Positions 8,415 to 17,550 of a stretch of DNA of 64,000 nucleotides are shown piece after piece. The notes beneath the pieces were generated by a model. It saw nothing but the letters and a program-made list of their open reading frames with translations, was not told the DNA's origin and ran no database searches. The translations under genes and the position numbers were made by a program. Source of the DNA: an uncultured Elusimicrobia bacterium (GTDB lineage: Bacteria; Elusimicrobiota; Elusimicrobia; Elusimicrobiales; UBA9959). The stretch spans positions 15,633 to 79,632 of the forward strand of contig CAIQNV010000143.1 in assembly GCA_903873295.1 (NCBI GenBank), written 5' to 3'. Position 1 is the stretch's first letter. Each line of letters begins with the position of its first letter.

Positions 8415-8576
8415 CCGCGGCTGCCAAGGGGACCGGAACGCAAAACACGGGGTCGGCCACACCGTGACCGCCCCTCCTCACTCGGCCTCGTCGCTTACGC
8501 AAGCCTCGGGCGGGGAACTGTCGCTTCGCTCCATCCCGTGAGGGTTTTGCTAACCCGGTCCCCTTGGCAGACGCGG
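8415..8576 (+). repeat. Copy A of a conserved structured intergenic element (core GGAACGCAAAAC...CGGCCACACCGTG...CGCTTACGCAAGCCTCGG...GGTTTTGCTAACC)
   Basis: Perfect 16-bp outer arms CTGCCAAGGGGACCGG (8421-8436) / CCGGTCCCCTTGGCAG (8555-8570). Shares core blocks with copies at 32358-32491, 32541-32677 and 43547-43676. Confidence 0.8.
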
Positions 8577-8581
8577 GGCTC

Positions 8582-9811
8582 TTATAGTTTAACGATCTTC
8601 CGGTACTCCGACTGCAGGCCGAAGAACTGGGCGAACACGCTGCCGATGTCGGCGAGGCCGGGCAGCAGCCCGGTCTTAAGCCCGCCGAGCTTCCTGTCAT
8701 AACCCTTCCTGTAAGCGAGAAAAGGCAGCGGCTCGTTGTTGTGATAGCCGTAATCCTCGCGGTGCAGCATGCCGTGGTCCGCGGTTATGCCCAGCAGGTC
8801 GCCCTTGGCCAGGTTCTTTTCGATAAGCGGCAGCGTCCTGTCTATCTCCTCAAGCGATCTCAGCGCCCCCTCCACGTCGCGCGTGTGGCCGTAGACGCTG
8901 TCCGTATCCACCAGGTTGGAGAAGATGAAGGTGCCCCTGGGCCGGTAAACCGAATGCGCAGCCTGGAGCGCGTTGATGGTGCCCTGTATGCAGAAAGGGT
9001 TGGTATCCTTCTTCTTGGGATGCACAAAGCGCAGCCCCAGCGACGGGTCGATGAAAATTTCCCTGTTGAGCTTTACCTTGGCGTGGTAGGCGGTGTTCAC
9101 CAGATCGCTGGTCTTGCCCACGGCCACCGTCCAGACGGCGCTGTCGTGCAGTATGTCCACCAGGGTCTTCTGCCCTATGGGCAGCACGGCGTCGTGGCGG
9201 TTAGAGGTGCGGATGATCTCGCCCTGCGCGTTCTTTATGTAGGAGCGGGCTATCGCGCGGGTTATCGGGAGCTTCAGCTCCATGGCCAGCGCGAAGGCGA
9301 TATCGGCTATCTTGTGCTGCTCGGGCACCGGGATCACGGCCTCGTTCATGGCCAGCTGGATCAGCGGGTCGCACTTGCTGGCGTAGGCGATGGGCCTGCC
9401 GGTCCGCTCGTGCTCCGCGGCGTTCAGCTCTATGGCTTCCATGCCGCCCGCCATCTTGTTGAAGAAGGTTTTGCGGCCAATGCGCTTTTCGAGCTCGGAA
9501 AGGTATTCCCGGCTGAACCCGTCGTTAAAAAGGCCGTAGGTGCGGTGGTCTATCACGCCCATCATCTCGCGGTGCCCGACCAGGCTGTCCGCCGTGGCGG
9601 AAACCTGGCTGACCCGCGCGGCGTAAGCCTTGCCGGAAGCTTTGAAAGCCAGGCGCTCCTTGAATTCAGGCAGCACTATTTCGCCCAGTCCCAGCCTGCA
9701 CAGGTTCGGCAATTTAACTCTCCCCGGATATTTTGAGAGCAGGTATTCCAGCGTGGAAAGCCCCACGGCGTCCAGCACCAGCAGCAGCGCGGTTTTCTGC
9801 GTATGTTTCAT
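8582..9811 (-). CDS. deoB: Phosphopentomutase-like alkaline-phosphatase-superfamily metalloenzyme
   Basis: NLVDTDSVYGHTRDVEGALRSLEEIDRTLP and ITADHG resemble DeoB motifs (NLVDFD..YGHR.DV.GYA.AL..FD.RLP; TADHG). Size is ~409 aa. Confidence 0.6.
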   Translation of the reverse strand: MKHTQKTALLLVLDAVGLSTLEYLLSKYPGRVKLPNLCRLGLGEIVLPEFKERLAFKASGKAYAARVSQVSATADSLVGHREMMGVIDHRTYGLFNDGFSREYLSELEKRIGRKTFFNKMAGGMEAIELNAAEHERTGRPIAYASKCDPLIQLAMNEAVIPVPEQHKIADIAFALAMELKLPITRAIARSYIKNAQGEIIRTSNRHDAVLPIGQKTLVDILHDSAVWTVAVGKTSDLVNTAYHAKVKLNREIFIDPSLGLRFVHPKKKDTNPFCIQGTINALQAAHSVYRPRGTFIFSNLVDTDSVYGHTRDVEGALRSLEEIDRTLPLIEKNLAKGDLLGITADHGMLHREDYGYHNNEPLPFLAYRKGYDRKLGGLKTGLLPGLADIGSVFAQFFGLQSEYRKIVKL

Positions 9812-9827
9812 AAGTTCTCCTTAAAAG

Positions 9828-10520
9828 CTACCATAAACCCGGCAGCAGCCGGCTGCGTACCCGGGCGGCATAATCGCGGTAGCCGGCGAGCGACCTCAGA
9901 AGCAGGCGGTCTTCCAGGGCGGTCCTGGCCGCCAGGGCGGCGACCAGCAGGCCGGCGGGGACAAAGCCGGCGGTTGAACCCAGCGCCGCCGGAGTACAGC
10001 TGAAAAAAACGATAGCGGCGAGATATAAAGGATGCCGGACGGCGCCATAGGGGCCTTTGTCCACGGGGACCTGGCCCTCCTGTATCGCGGCCACGCCGAT
10101 GGCGAAGCGGTTGGAGAGAAGCGCCCAGGTGGCCAGCCCATAGGCGGCGCAAAGGCCCAGGAAGGCCGCCACCGACAGGAAAGTAAACCCGCGGGAAGCC
10201 GCTCTCTCTGCCGAGCAGATGACCAGCAGGCCGGCCAGAAGAGCTCCTCCGAAGAAAATAAAGACCTTATCCCACTGCTCCCGCGCCTCCCGGCCCTCCC
10301 CTTCGCGCAGGAGCAGCAGCGCCGGGGAGCGGCGGGCCAGCAGGAGCATAGTAAGGGCCGACCAGGCGGAGTAAAGCGCGAGGTAAAGCCAGCCGGCGGG
10401 CCAGCGCAGGCTCCCGGCAGGCAGAAAAAGCAGCAGGGCCAGCAGCAGCACGCGGGCCGCGGCCTTTAAGTATATTTTCCGGAAGTATGCCTTTTCTCCC
10501 TGTTTATATTTCTCGTTCAT
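9828..10520 (-). CDS. Isoprenylcysteine carboxyl methyltransferase (ICMT/PEMT) family membrane protein
   Basis: Multi-TM protein with GPYGAVRHPLYLAAIVFF (family RHPxY motif). Confidence 0.65.
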   Translation of the reverse strand: MNEKYKQGEKAYFRKIYLKAAARVLLLALLLFLPAGSLRWPAGWLYLALYSAWSALTMLLLARRSPALLLLREGEGREAREQWDKVFIFFGGALLAGLLVICSAERAASRGFTFLSVAAFLGLCAAYGLATWALLSNRFAIGVAAIQEGQVPVDKGPYGAVRHPLYLAAIVFFSCTPAALGSTAGFVPAGLLVAALAARTALEDRLLLRSLAGYRDYAARVRSRLLPGLW

Positions 10521-10548
10521 CCCGAAAAATTATAGTATATCTGTAACT

Positions 10549-13500
10549 ATGCCCATGAAAATAATTTCCGCCTTCCTCCTCGCCGCAGTTCTTTTCACGC
10601 GCCCCGCCGCTGGCGCGCCGCCTGAAACTACGGCGCACAGGATCAGCGCGGAGCTCAGCCCGGCGGCCGGCAGCCTGACCGCGTCCGACCAGGTCTCCTT
10701 CAAGTCGCCGCGCAAAGAATTTATCTTTACCCTCCACCGCGGGCTGAACCCCGCGGCGGAAGGCGCCGTCATCGAGGAGCTCCCCCCGGAAACGGCCCGG
10801 GGCAAGTACGGGATAGACTTCTCCTCCGGGCCCGCGATCTACTCCGCGTACCGCCTTACTACGGCGGATACCGTCCGCGGCTTTACGCTTACGTACGGCG
10901 GCGTAATAAACCACCCTCCCGCCGAGCAGGCGCAGGAATATTCGCGCAGCTTCTCGGAAACCCCGGGGATAATTTCGGAAGAGGGCTGCTATCTTTCCGG
11001 AACTTCCGGGTGGTACCCCCGCTTCGGGAACTCGCTCTTAACTTTCCGCCTTGAGACGGTCCTGCCCTCCCCCTATGATTCCGTCGCCGGCGGCGACCGG
11101 GTCGGCCGGAGCAGCCCCGGCGGAAAAATCGTTTCGATCTGGGAAACGCTGAAGCCGCAGGACGAGATCGCCCTGACCTGCGGGAAATACACGGAATATT
11201 CGCGCAAAGACGGGCAGCTGACCTATTACGCCTTTCTGCGCTCCCAGGATAAAGCCCTGGCGGAGAAATACCTGGAAGCCACAGTCAAATACGTCGGGTT
11301 TTATTCCGCCCTTATAGGCGCCTACCCTTACGGCAAGTTCGCGCTGGTGGAGAATTTCTGGGACACCGGCTACGGCATGCCGTCCTTTACCCTGCTGGGC
11401 CCCAAGGTGCTGCGCCTGCCTTTCATAATAAATTCCTCCTACCCGCACGAGATCCTCCATAACTGGTGGGGCAACGGGGTGTTAGTGGACTACGACAAAG
11501 GCAACTGGTCCGAAGGTCTTACCGCCTACCTGGCGGATTATCTCATCGCCGAGAGCCGCGGCAAGGGCCGCGACTACAGGATGGCGGCCCTGCAGAAATA
11601 CGCCGACTATGTATCAAGGGGCAAGGATTTTCCGCTCACGGAGTTCCGCGCGCGCGATTCCTCGGCCTCGGAAGCGGTGGGCTACGGCAAGGCTATGATG
11701 GCTTACCATATGCTCCGCGGCCTGCTGGGCGACGAGAACTTCAAAAAAGGCCTGCGCGAATTTTACGCCGGAAACAGCTTTAAATCCGCTTCTTTTGAAG
11801 ACCTGCGCGCGGCCTTTGAAAAAGTCACGGGCAAGGGCCGCCTTAAGCCTTTCTTCGACCAGTGGACGCGCCGCACCGGCGCCCCGGCGCTGGCCCTGAA
11901 AAGCGCGAAAGTCACCCGCGGCGGACTGGAGGGCTACGACCTGGAATTCACGCTGGCGCAGACGCAGGACGGCCCGGCCTACGCCCTCAATGTGCCGGCC
12001 GCGATCTACCTTGAGAACTCCGAAATTCCCCGGATGAAAACCCTGCCGATGACGGCGAAAGAGGAAACCTTCCATTATAACTCCCCGCTGCTGCCGCTGC
12101 GCCTTGAGATAGATCCGGAATTCGATCTTTTCCGCGCCTTAAGCCCGCTGGAAACCCCGCCCACGCTTTCGCGCGTCCTCGGCGCCGTAAAGCCCGCGAT
12201 GATACTGCCCGCGGGCGAGGCGGGAGAGCCCTGGCTCGCCCTGGCCGGAACCTGGACCAAGGACAAGGACAACCTGCCGGTGATCTCGGACGACGCCGCG
12301 CGCTCCTCGGCCCCGGCCGGAGCTTACTGGGTCTTCGGCGGGGAGAACCTCCTGGCCGCCGATATTGAAAATGAGCTTGAGGTCTTCGGCGCCCGCTTTA
12401 CCCGGGAGTCGGTGACTATAGACGACCGCAGATTCCCCCGCGCGAGGAATACCTTCGTCTTCTCCGCCTTCAACCCGGCGAACCCGGCATTCACGGGGGC
12501 GCTGGTAATTTCAGGCTCTACCGACAAGCTGCAGCTGCTGGCCGCGAAACTGCCGCACTACGGCAAGTATTCCTGGCTGGTCTTCGACGAAGCGATGAAC
12601 TCGCTGGCCACGGGGGTCTGGAGCGTTTCCCGCACGCCGCTGGGCATGGACCTTAACGGGACGCCGCCCCGGGACCGCGTTTACCCGGCGCGCGCCCCCC
12701 TGGCGCCGCTGCCCTCGCTGTTCGCTGAAACGCGCATGGCGGAAACCGTGAGGGAGCTCTCCGGCCTGGACGGGGGCCGCGGCCCGGACTCCAGCGGCCA
12801 CGATAAGACCGCCGCCTACATCGAGGCCGCCTTGCGGCTGGCCGGGGTCAAGCCTTACGCTCAGGGAGCGTACGGAACAGCCGGGGACAAACCTGGCCCT
12901 AACAATATTATCGGCGTGATAGAGGGCTCGTCTAAGAAGGAGGAAGCGGTGGTGCTCTGCGCGCACTACGACCACCTGGCGCCGAAGGACGGAGAGGCTT
13001 TTCCCGGCGCCGACGACAACGCTTCCGGGGTGGCGCTGCTGCTGGAACTCGCGCGCCATTACGCGAAGAAACCCGGCGCGCGCTCCCTGATCTTCGCCGC
13101 TTTCGACGGCGAGGAGCAGGGCCGGCTGGGCTCAAAAAGTTTCCTGTCCGCCCTTCCTCCCGGAGAGAAAGTGAAAATGAACGCTGCGCTCAACTTTGAC
13201 ACCGTCGGCCGCCTGGAAACCGGCGAGCTCCTGCTGCTCAACTCCGGCTCTTCGGATAAATGGGCCGGTATTTTCAGAGGGGCCGGCTTCGTGACAGGTT
13301 TAGACTATCAGCTGGGCAAGGAAGATCTGGACGCCAGCGACCAGGCCAGCTTTATTGAAGCCGGGATCCCGGCCGTCCAGTTCTTCACCGGACCAAAGGC
13401 CGACTATCACAAGCCCTCGGATACGGCGGAGAAGATCGACGCCCCGGGGCTCGTAAAGCAGGCGGAGTTCGCCAGGGAAGTCATAGACTACCTCGCCGGA

Positions 13501-13836
13501 GATTCGGATTTCCTCACCAGGCCGCCCGCCGCCAAGCCGCCGGGCCGGAAGGCCGACCAGCTCCCGAATGCCAGGAAAGTCTCTACCGGCCTTGTGCCGG
13601 ACTTCGCGTTCCAGGGCAGCGGGGTGCGGGCGCTGAGGATCATGCCGGGCTCTCCGCTCGAGGCCGCGGGGTTAAAGCCGGGCGACGTGATAATTAAACT
13701 GAATGAAAACCCCGTAGAGGACCTGCGCGCCTATTCAGCTGAGCTGAAAAAGATCAGCCCCGGCCAGAAGATAAGAATAACTTATCTTTCGAACGGGGCA
13801 GAAAAGACCGTACAGGCGGAGCTGGCCGCGAAGTAA
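10549..13836 (+). CDS. Secreted multidomain peptidase: M1-like gluzincin domain + M28 aminopeptidase domain + C-terminal PDZ
   Basis: Signal peptide. HEILHNWWG...WSEG (HExxH...E). M28 motifs CAHYDH, ADDNASGVALLLELARHY, FAAFDGEEQGRLGS and DYHKPSDT. PDZ-like GLKPGDVIIKLNENPVEDL. Confidence 0.8.
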   Translation: MPMKIISAFLLAAVLFTRPAAGAPPETTAHRISAELSPAAGSLTASDQVSFKSPRKEFIFTLHRGLNPAAEGAVIEELPPETARGKYGIDFSSGPAIYSAYRLTTADTVRGFTLTYGGVINHPPAEQAQEYSRSFSETPGIISEEGCYLSGTSGWYPRFGNSLLTFRLETVLPSPYDSVAGGDRVGRSSPGGKIVSIWETLKPQDEIALTCGKYTEYSRKDGQLTYYAFLRSQDKALAEKYLEATVKYVGFYSALIGAYPYGKFALVENFWDTGYGMPSFTLLGPKVLRLPFIINSSYPHEILHNWWGNGVLVDYDKGNWSEGLTAYLADYLIAESRGKGRDYRMAALQKYADYVSRGKDFPLTEFRARDSSASEAVGYGKAMMAYHMLRGLLGDENFKKGLREFYAGNSFKSASFEDLRAAFEKVTGKGRLKPFFDQWTRRTGAPALALKSAKVTRGGLEGYDLEFTLAQTQDGPAYALNVPAAIYLENSEIPRMKTLPMTAKEETFHYNSPLLPLRLEIDPEFDLFRALSPLETPPTLSRVLGAVKPAMILPAGEAGEPWLALAGTWTKDKDNLPVISDDAARSSAPAGAYWVFGGENLLAADIENELEVFGARFTRESVTIDDRRFPRARNTFVFSAFNPANPAFTGALVISGSTDKLQLLAAKLPHYGKYSWLVFDEAMNSLATGVWSVSRTPLGMDLNGTPPRDRVYPARAPLAPLPSLFAETRMAETVRELSGLDGGRGPDSSGHDKTAAYIEAALRLAGVKPYAQGAYGTAGDKPGPNNIIGVIEGSSKKEEAVVLCAHYDHLAPKDGEAFPGADDNASGVALLLELARHYAKKPGARSLIFAAFDGEEQGRLGSKSFLSALPPGEKVKMNAALNFDTVGRLETGELLLLNSGSSDKWAGIFRGAGFVTGLDYQLGKEDLDASDQASFIEAGIPAVQFFTGPKADYHKPSDTAEKIDAPGLVKQAEFAREVIDYLAGDSDFLTRPPAAKPPGRKADQLPNARKVSTGLVPDFAFQGSGVRALRIMPGSPLEAAGLKPGDVIIKLNENPVEDLRAYSAELKKISPGQKIRITYLSNGAEKTVQAELAAK

Positions 13837-13838
13837 GG

Positions 13839-14489
13839 TCAGCGCAGGACTTTGAGCACGCCCATGAAATCGGCCGGCGGGTCGGCCTCTGCCGACATGG
13901 TCTTGCCGGCGAGGTCGGTGAATCTCAGCCGCCACGAATGCAGCATCAGGCGGGGATATTTGGACTGCTTCGCCGCCTCGCCGTAAAGACTGTCGCCCAG
14001 CACCGGATTGCCGATGGAATACAGGTGAGCCCTGATCTGGTGGCGCCGCCCGGTCACGATGGAAACCTCCAGGAGCGTGGCGCCGCGCAGCCTTTCCATA
14101 ACCGAGTATTTAGTGAGCGAGCGCTTGCCGTCAAAGGCCACCGACATGCGCCCCGACCCGCGCTGCTTAAGCGGCTTGTCTATTTCCCCCCGGTCCTCCG
14201 CCACTTTCCCCTCCGCTACCACCAGGTATTTTTTCTCTATCGCGCGCGTCTCGAAAAGCCCGGAATAATAGCGGTGCGCCTCCGGCGTGCGGGCGAAAAG
14301 TATCAGGCCGCTGGCGTCCCGGTCCAGGCGGTGCGTGATGAAAACGCTGCCGAAGCGCTGGTGCAGCAGCCCCACCAGGTGCTTTTCCTTCGCCAGGCCG
14401 CCGCGCGCCGGCATAGTGAGCAGGCCCGACGGCTTGTTTACCAGCAGGAGCTCGGGAGTTTCGCGGATAATTTCGAGTTCGTTCTTCAT
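13839..14489 (-). CDS. RluA-family pseudouridine synthase
   Basis: Catalytic motif HRLDRDASGLILFA and GRRHQIRAHL. Confidence 0.85.
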   Translation of the reverse strand: MKNELEIIRETPELLLVNKPSGLLTMPARGGLAKEKHLVGLLHQRFGSVFITHRLDRDASGLILFARTPEAHRYYSGLFETRAIEKKYLVVAEGKVAEDRGEIDKPLKQRGSGRMSVAFDGKRSLTKYSVMERLRGATLLEVSIVTGRRHQIRAHLYSIGNPVLGDSLYGEAAKQSKYPRLMLHSWRLRFTDLAGKTMSAEADPPADFMGVLKVLR

Positions 14490-15703
14490 ACGGCGTGGAA
14501 ATCCTTTTTATAAGCTTCTCCCGCCAGGATGGACGTAACCCCGCCCAGCAGCAGATAGAGCATGGCCAGGAACATGGCCACCGGCAGCCCGGCCGAATCG
14601 GAAACCACGCCCAGCAGGAAAGGCGAAATGGCGTCGCCGAGCGCGTGTATCATGAAAATGTTCAGGGCGAAAGCCATGGAGCGCATAGTGACCGGAACCG
14701 TTTCCACGATGGCGGCGTGGTAGGGGCCGGAGTAGGCGAAGATGAAGAACTCGGCGAAGAACATCAGCGCCAGGCAGGCGTTCAGGCTGTCGGCCAGCAC
14801 CGCCGACACACCGAAAGGAACGCTCAGGAAGAAGCTTATATAGCCTACGATAAAATAGGCCCTTTTAGTCCGCTTATGCAGCCAGTCCGCCGCCCACCCC
14901 CCGCCGAAACTTCCGGCCAGGCCGGCCAGCACAGTGACGAGGCCGAAGAGGAAGCCGGCCCTGGCCACGGAAACGTCGAAGGTCCTCACGAAATAAGACG
15001 GCATCCAGGCCGCCAGCCCGCCCACGGAAAACGTGCCGATGGACTGCGACAGGCAGATCAGCAGATAGGTGCGGTTCTTCAGCAGGGCCGCGTACCCCTT
15101 GAGCGGGATATGCTCCGAACGCCGGAGCTTCTCGGGCGTCTCCTTAAGAAAGAGCGCCGTTGCCCCCAGCAGCATGCCGGGCACCGCGACTATAAAAAAA
15201 GCGTTGCGCCAGCCGAAATGCTGGCCCAGAAAGCCTCCTATCAGGTAGCCGACGGCGCTCCCGGCCGGGATGGCGAGGGCGTAAAGCGCCATGACGCGCG
15301 CCCGCCGCTCCTTGGGGAACCACTCGGCCAGGTATGACGGGGAAACGGTGCCGTAACCGGCCTCCCCGACGCCTACCGCCGAGCGGGTAAAGATGAGCTG
15401 GCCGTAGCTCCGGATCAGGCCGCTGAAAAGCGTGGAGATGCTCCAGAAAACGGCGCTTACGCCTATTATCAGCGGCCGGCGCACTCTGTCGCCGAAATAG
15501 CCGACAAAAGGCGCGAAGCACATATAAACTATCATGAACGACGAGGCCAGGAAACCGAGCTCGGCGTCGCTGAGCCGCAGGTCGGCTTTTATAAGAGGAA
15601 AAACGGCGAAGAGCACCTGCCGGTCTATATAATTGAAAAGGCTGAGACCGAAAATAAGGATCAGCACTTTGCGCGGATAGGTAAGGGTCTTCATTGCCAC
15701 CAT
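14486..15703 (-). CDS. MFS transporter
   Basis: ~12 TM segments. MFS loop motif GYFGDRVRRP. 4-nt overlap with the downstream gene. Confidence 0.8.
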   Translation of the reverse strand: MVAMKTLTYPRKVLILIFGLSLFNYIDRQVLFAVFPLIKADLRLSDAELGFLASSFMIVYMCFAPFVGYFGDRVRRPLIIGVSAVFWSISTLFSGLIRSYGQLIFTRSAVGVGEAGYGTVSPSYLAEWFPKERRARVMALYALAIPAGSAVGYLIGGFLGQHFGWRNAFFIVAVPGMLLGATALFLKETPEKLRRSEHIPLKGYAALLKNRTYLLICLSQSIGTFSVGGLAAWMPSYFVRTFDVSVARAGFLFGLVTVLAGLAGSFGGGWAADWLHKRTKRAYFIVGYISFFLSVPFGVSAVLADSLNACLALMFFAEFFIFAYSGPYHAAIVETVPVTMRSMAFALNIFMIHALGDAISPFLLGVVSDSAGLPVAMFLAMLYLLLGGVTSILAGEAYKKDFHAV

Positions 15704-15796
15704 AATGATAGCAAAATGCTAATATATGAAAAATCCGGGCGGCCGTTTTTGAGCCGGCGCCCCGCGGCTAAACTTTCCGCCGTACAACCCGAACTT

Positions 15797-16303
15797 ATGA
15801 CCATAAAACTTTTTATCACCGGCGGGACTTTCGACAAGGAGTACAACGAGCTGAACGGGGAACTGTTCTTCCGCGAGACCCACCTGCCCGAAATGCTGAA
15901 GCTCGGCCGCTCGCGCGTGCCGGTCAGGGTGAAGACGCTGCTGATGATAGACAGCCTGTTCATGACCGCCGCGCACCGCCGCAAAGTGCTGGCGGAATGC
16001 ATTGCGTCGAAAGAAAAGCGCATAGTCATCACCCACGGCACGGACACCATGCCGGAGACCGCCAGGCTGCTGGGACAGAGCATTAAGGACAAGACCGTGG
16101 TGCTGACCGGCGCTATGGTGCCCTACAAATTCGGCTCCTCCGACGGGATGTTCAATCTCGGGTCGGCCCTTTCCTTCGCTCAGACGCTCCCGCCCGGCGT
16201 CTACATAGCCATGAACGGCAGGTACTTCAACTGGGATAATGTGCGCAAGAACAAGGCTAAAGGCGAGTTTGAGGAAGTGAGGAAAGGCGTAGCAGCGAAA
16301 TAG
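15797..16303 (+). CDS. Short asparaginase-family protein (N-terminal domain only)
   Basis: Start taken at ATG 15797 (MTIKLFITGGTFDK). Carries ITHGTDTM and VVLTGAMVP motifs of L-asparaginase/GatD-type N-domains. Only ~168 aa. Confidence 0.6.
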   Translation: MTIKLFITGGTFDKEYNELNGELFFRETHLPEMLKLGRSRVPVRVKTLLMIDSLFMTAAHRRKVLAECIASKEKRIVITHGTDTMPETARLLGQSIKDKTVVLTGAMVPYKFGSSDGMFNLGSALSFAQTLPPGVYIAMNGRYFNWDNVRKNKAKGEFEEVRKGVAAK

Positions 16304-16350
16304 CGCGGAACGGCGCGCGGCCGGAATGTGTCCGCCGCTTCGCCGCCTGA

Positions 16351-17367
16351 CTAGAACAGCCCCTTGGCCTTTTCCCACCGGGCGCCGCTGGCCGCGTTGA
16401 CGAATACGCTTTCTTTCCCGGAGCCGTCTATCCAGACGGCGGCGGCGCCCTTCATTTTGGAAAGCAGGCCGAAAGCCTTTTCCCTCCCCATCACGGCGAG
16501 CACCGCGGAGGCCAGGAAATCCTCGCTTTCCAGGTCGGGAAAATAAACCACCAGGTTGGAAAAATCGTCGAGCGGGTAGCCCGTCTTCAGGTCAAGGATA
16601 TGGGAATAGAGCTTCCCGCCTATCTGCACGAAATGCTCCCGCCCGGAGGAGGACAGGACGATGCCCCCGTCGAAAAAAAGCCGGCCGAAAGTCTTCTCGT
16701 CGTGGAAAGGGTCCTTGATCTCGTATTCCCAGTTCCTTTTGCCGTAGGCGAGCAGATTGCTGCCCAGGCGCAGCTCCACCGGATACGAAGGCGGATTTTC
16801 CCTCAGAATTCGCGCGGCGCGCGCGAAGCAGTAGCCGCGCAGCACTCCTCCCATATTCAGCTGCACCGGCCTGCTCAGCCGGACCATCATATTCGCGCGG
16901 TCCACCTGTATATAGGCGGAGCCCATATTGGAGAGCGCCTTTAAGATCTCCTCCTTTGCCGGCATCTTGCGCGTGGAGGCCGCCTCCTTCCAGATGGGCC
17001 AAAGCGGGGCGAAAGTTATGTCGAAGGCCCCGCCGGTGAGGTGGTAATAGTCCAGGGAGAGCAGCAGCAGGCGGAGAAATTCGGGCTCGACCTTGACCCA
17101 CTGGCCGTATGCCTTCTTGTTCACGACCGAGGTCTGGCTGTAAGGCTCGTTGAAGCTGAACTCGTCCGAGACCCTCTTCCATTCCGCCAGCACGGCGTCG
17201 GCGATGGGCTTGCCGGCCGCCTCGCCGGCGCCGTAAACCCTGACCTCGGCCGGCACGTTCATGATAAAAGCCGATTGCCGGTAGGCAGGCTCTTCTTTTT
17301 TCCCGCAGCCGGCCGCCAGCGCGGCGAGCGAAAGAATTAGCGGCAGTTTTAAATTTATTCCGATCAC
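16351..17367 (-). CDS. apbE: FAD:protein FMN transferase (ApbE family lipoprotein)
   Basis: Lipobox LAAGC. GGAFDITFAPLW, NMGGVLRGY and SSSGREHF...YSHILDLKTGYP are typical ApbE blocks. Confidence 0.85.
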   Translation of the reverse strand: MIGINLKLPLILSLAALAAGCGKKEEPAYRQSAFIMNVPAEVRVYGAGEAAGKPIADAVLAEWKRVSDEFSFNEPYSQTSVVNKKAYGQWVKVEPEFLRLLLLSLDYYHLTGGAFDITFAPLWPIWKEAASTRKMPAKEEILKALSNMGSAYIQVDRANMMVRLSRPVQLNMGGVLRGYCFARAARILRENPPSYPVELRLGSNLLAYGKRNWEYEIKDPFHDEKTFGRLFFDGGIVLSSSGREHFVQIGGKLYSHILDLKTGYPLDDFSNLVVYFPDLESEDFLASAVLAVMGREKAFGLLSKMKGAAAVWIDGSGKESVFVNAASGARWEKAKGLF

Positions 17368-17550
17368 GGGCCCCCCCTGATATTAGCTATACTAAGCTAC
17401 ATTTTATTTGCCCGGAGATTCAATAGCAAAAGAATGTTTTTGCCTTCCTTTTGCTTTCTTTTGTATCCTTGACCTTGGCCGTTACGGCGGAGGCCTTCGA
17501 GGCTTCGGCGCGGCCCTGTAAGCTCTTACGGTTAAAGGGAGACATTATTC

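Noticed and set aside
8415-8576. Interpretation of the four repeat copies as integron attC sites.
   Set aside because: attC sites have conserved outer core sites (RYYYAAC / GTTRRRY) and variable centres. Here the centre is conserved and the outer arms vary. No intI gene or cassette-like promoterless ORF array is present, and the flanking genes are housekeeping.
17426-17443. Hairpin GCAAAA-gaatgt-TTTTGC in the apbE/vWA intergenic region, reminiscent of the repeat's GCAAAAC/GTTTTGC helix.
   Set aside because: Only the 6-bp helix is shared and none of the other conserved blocks is present. It is probably part of an AT-rich promoter or leader region.
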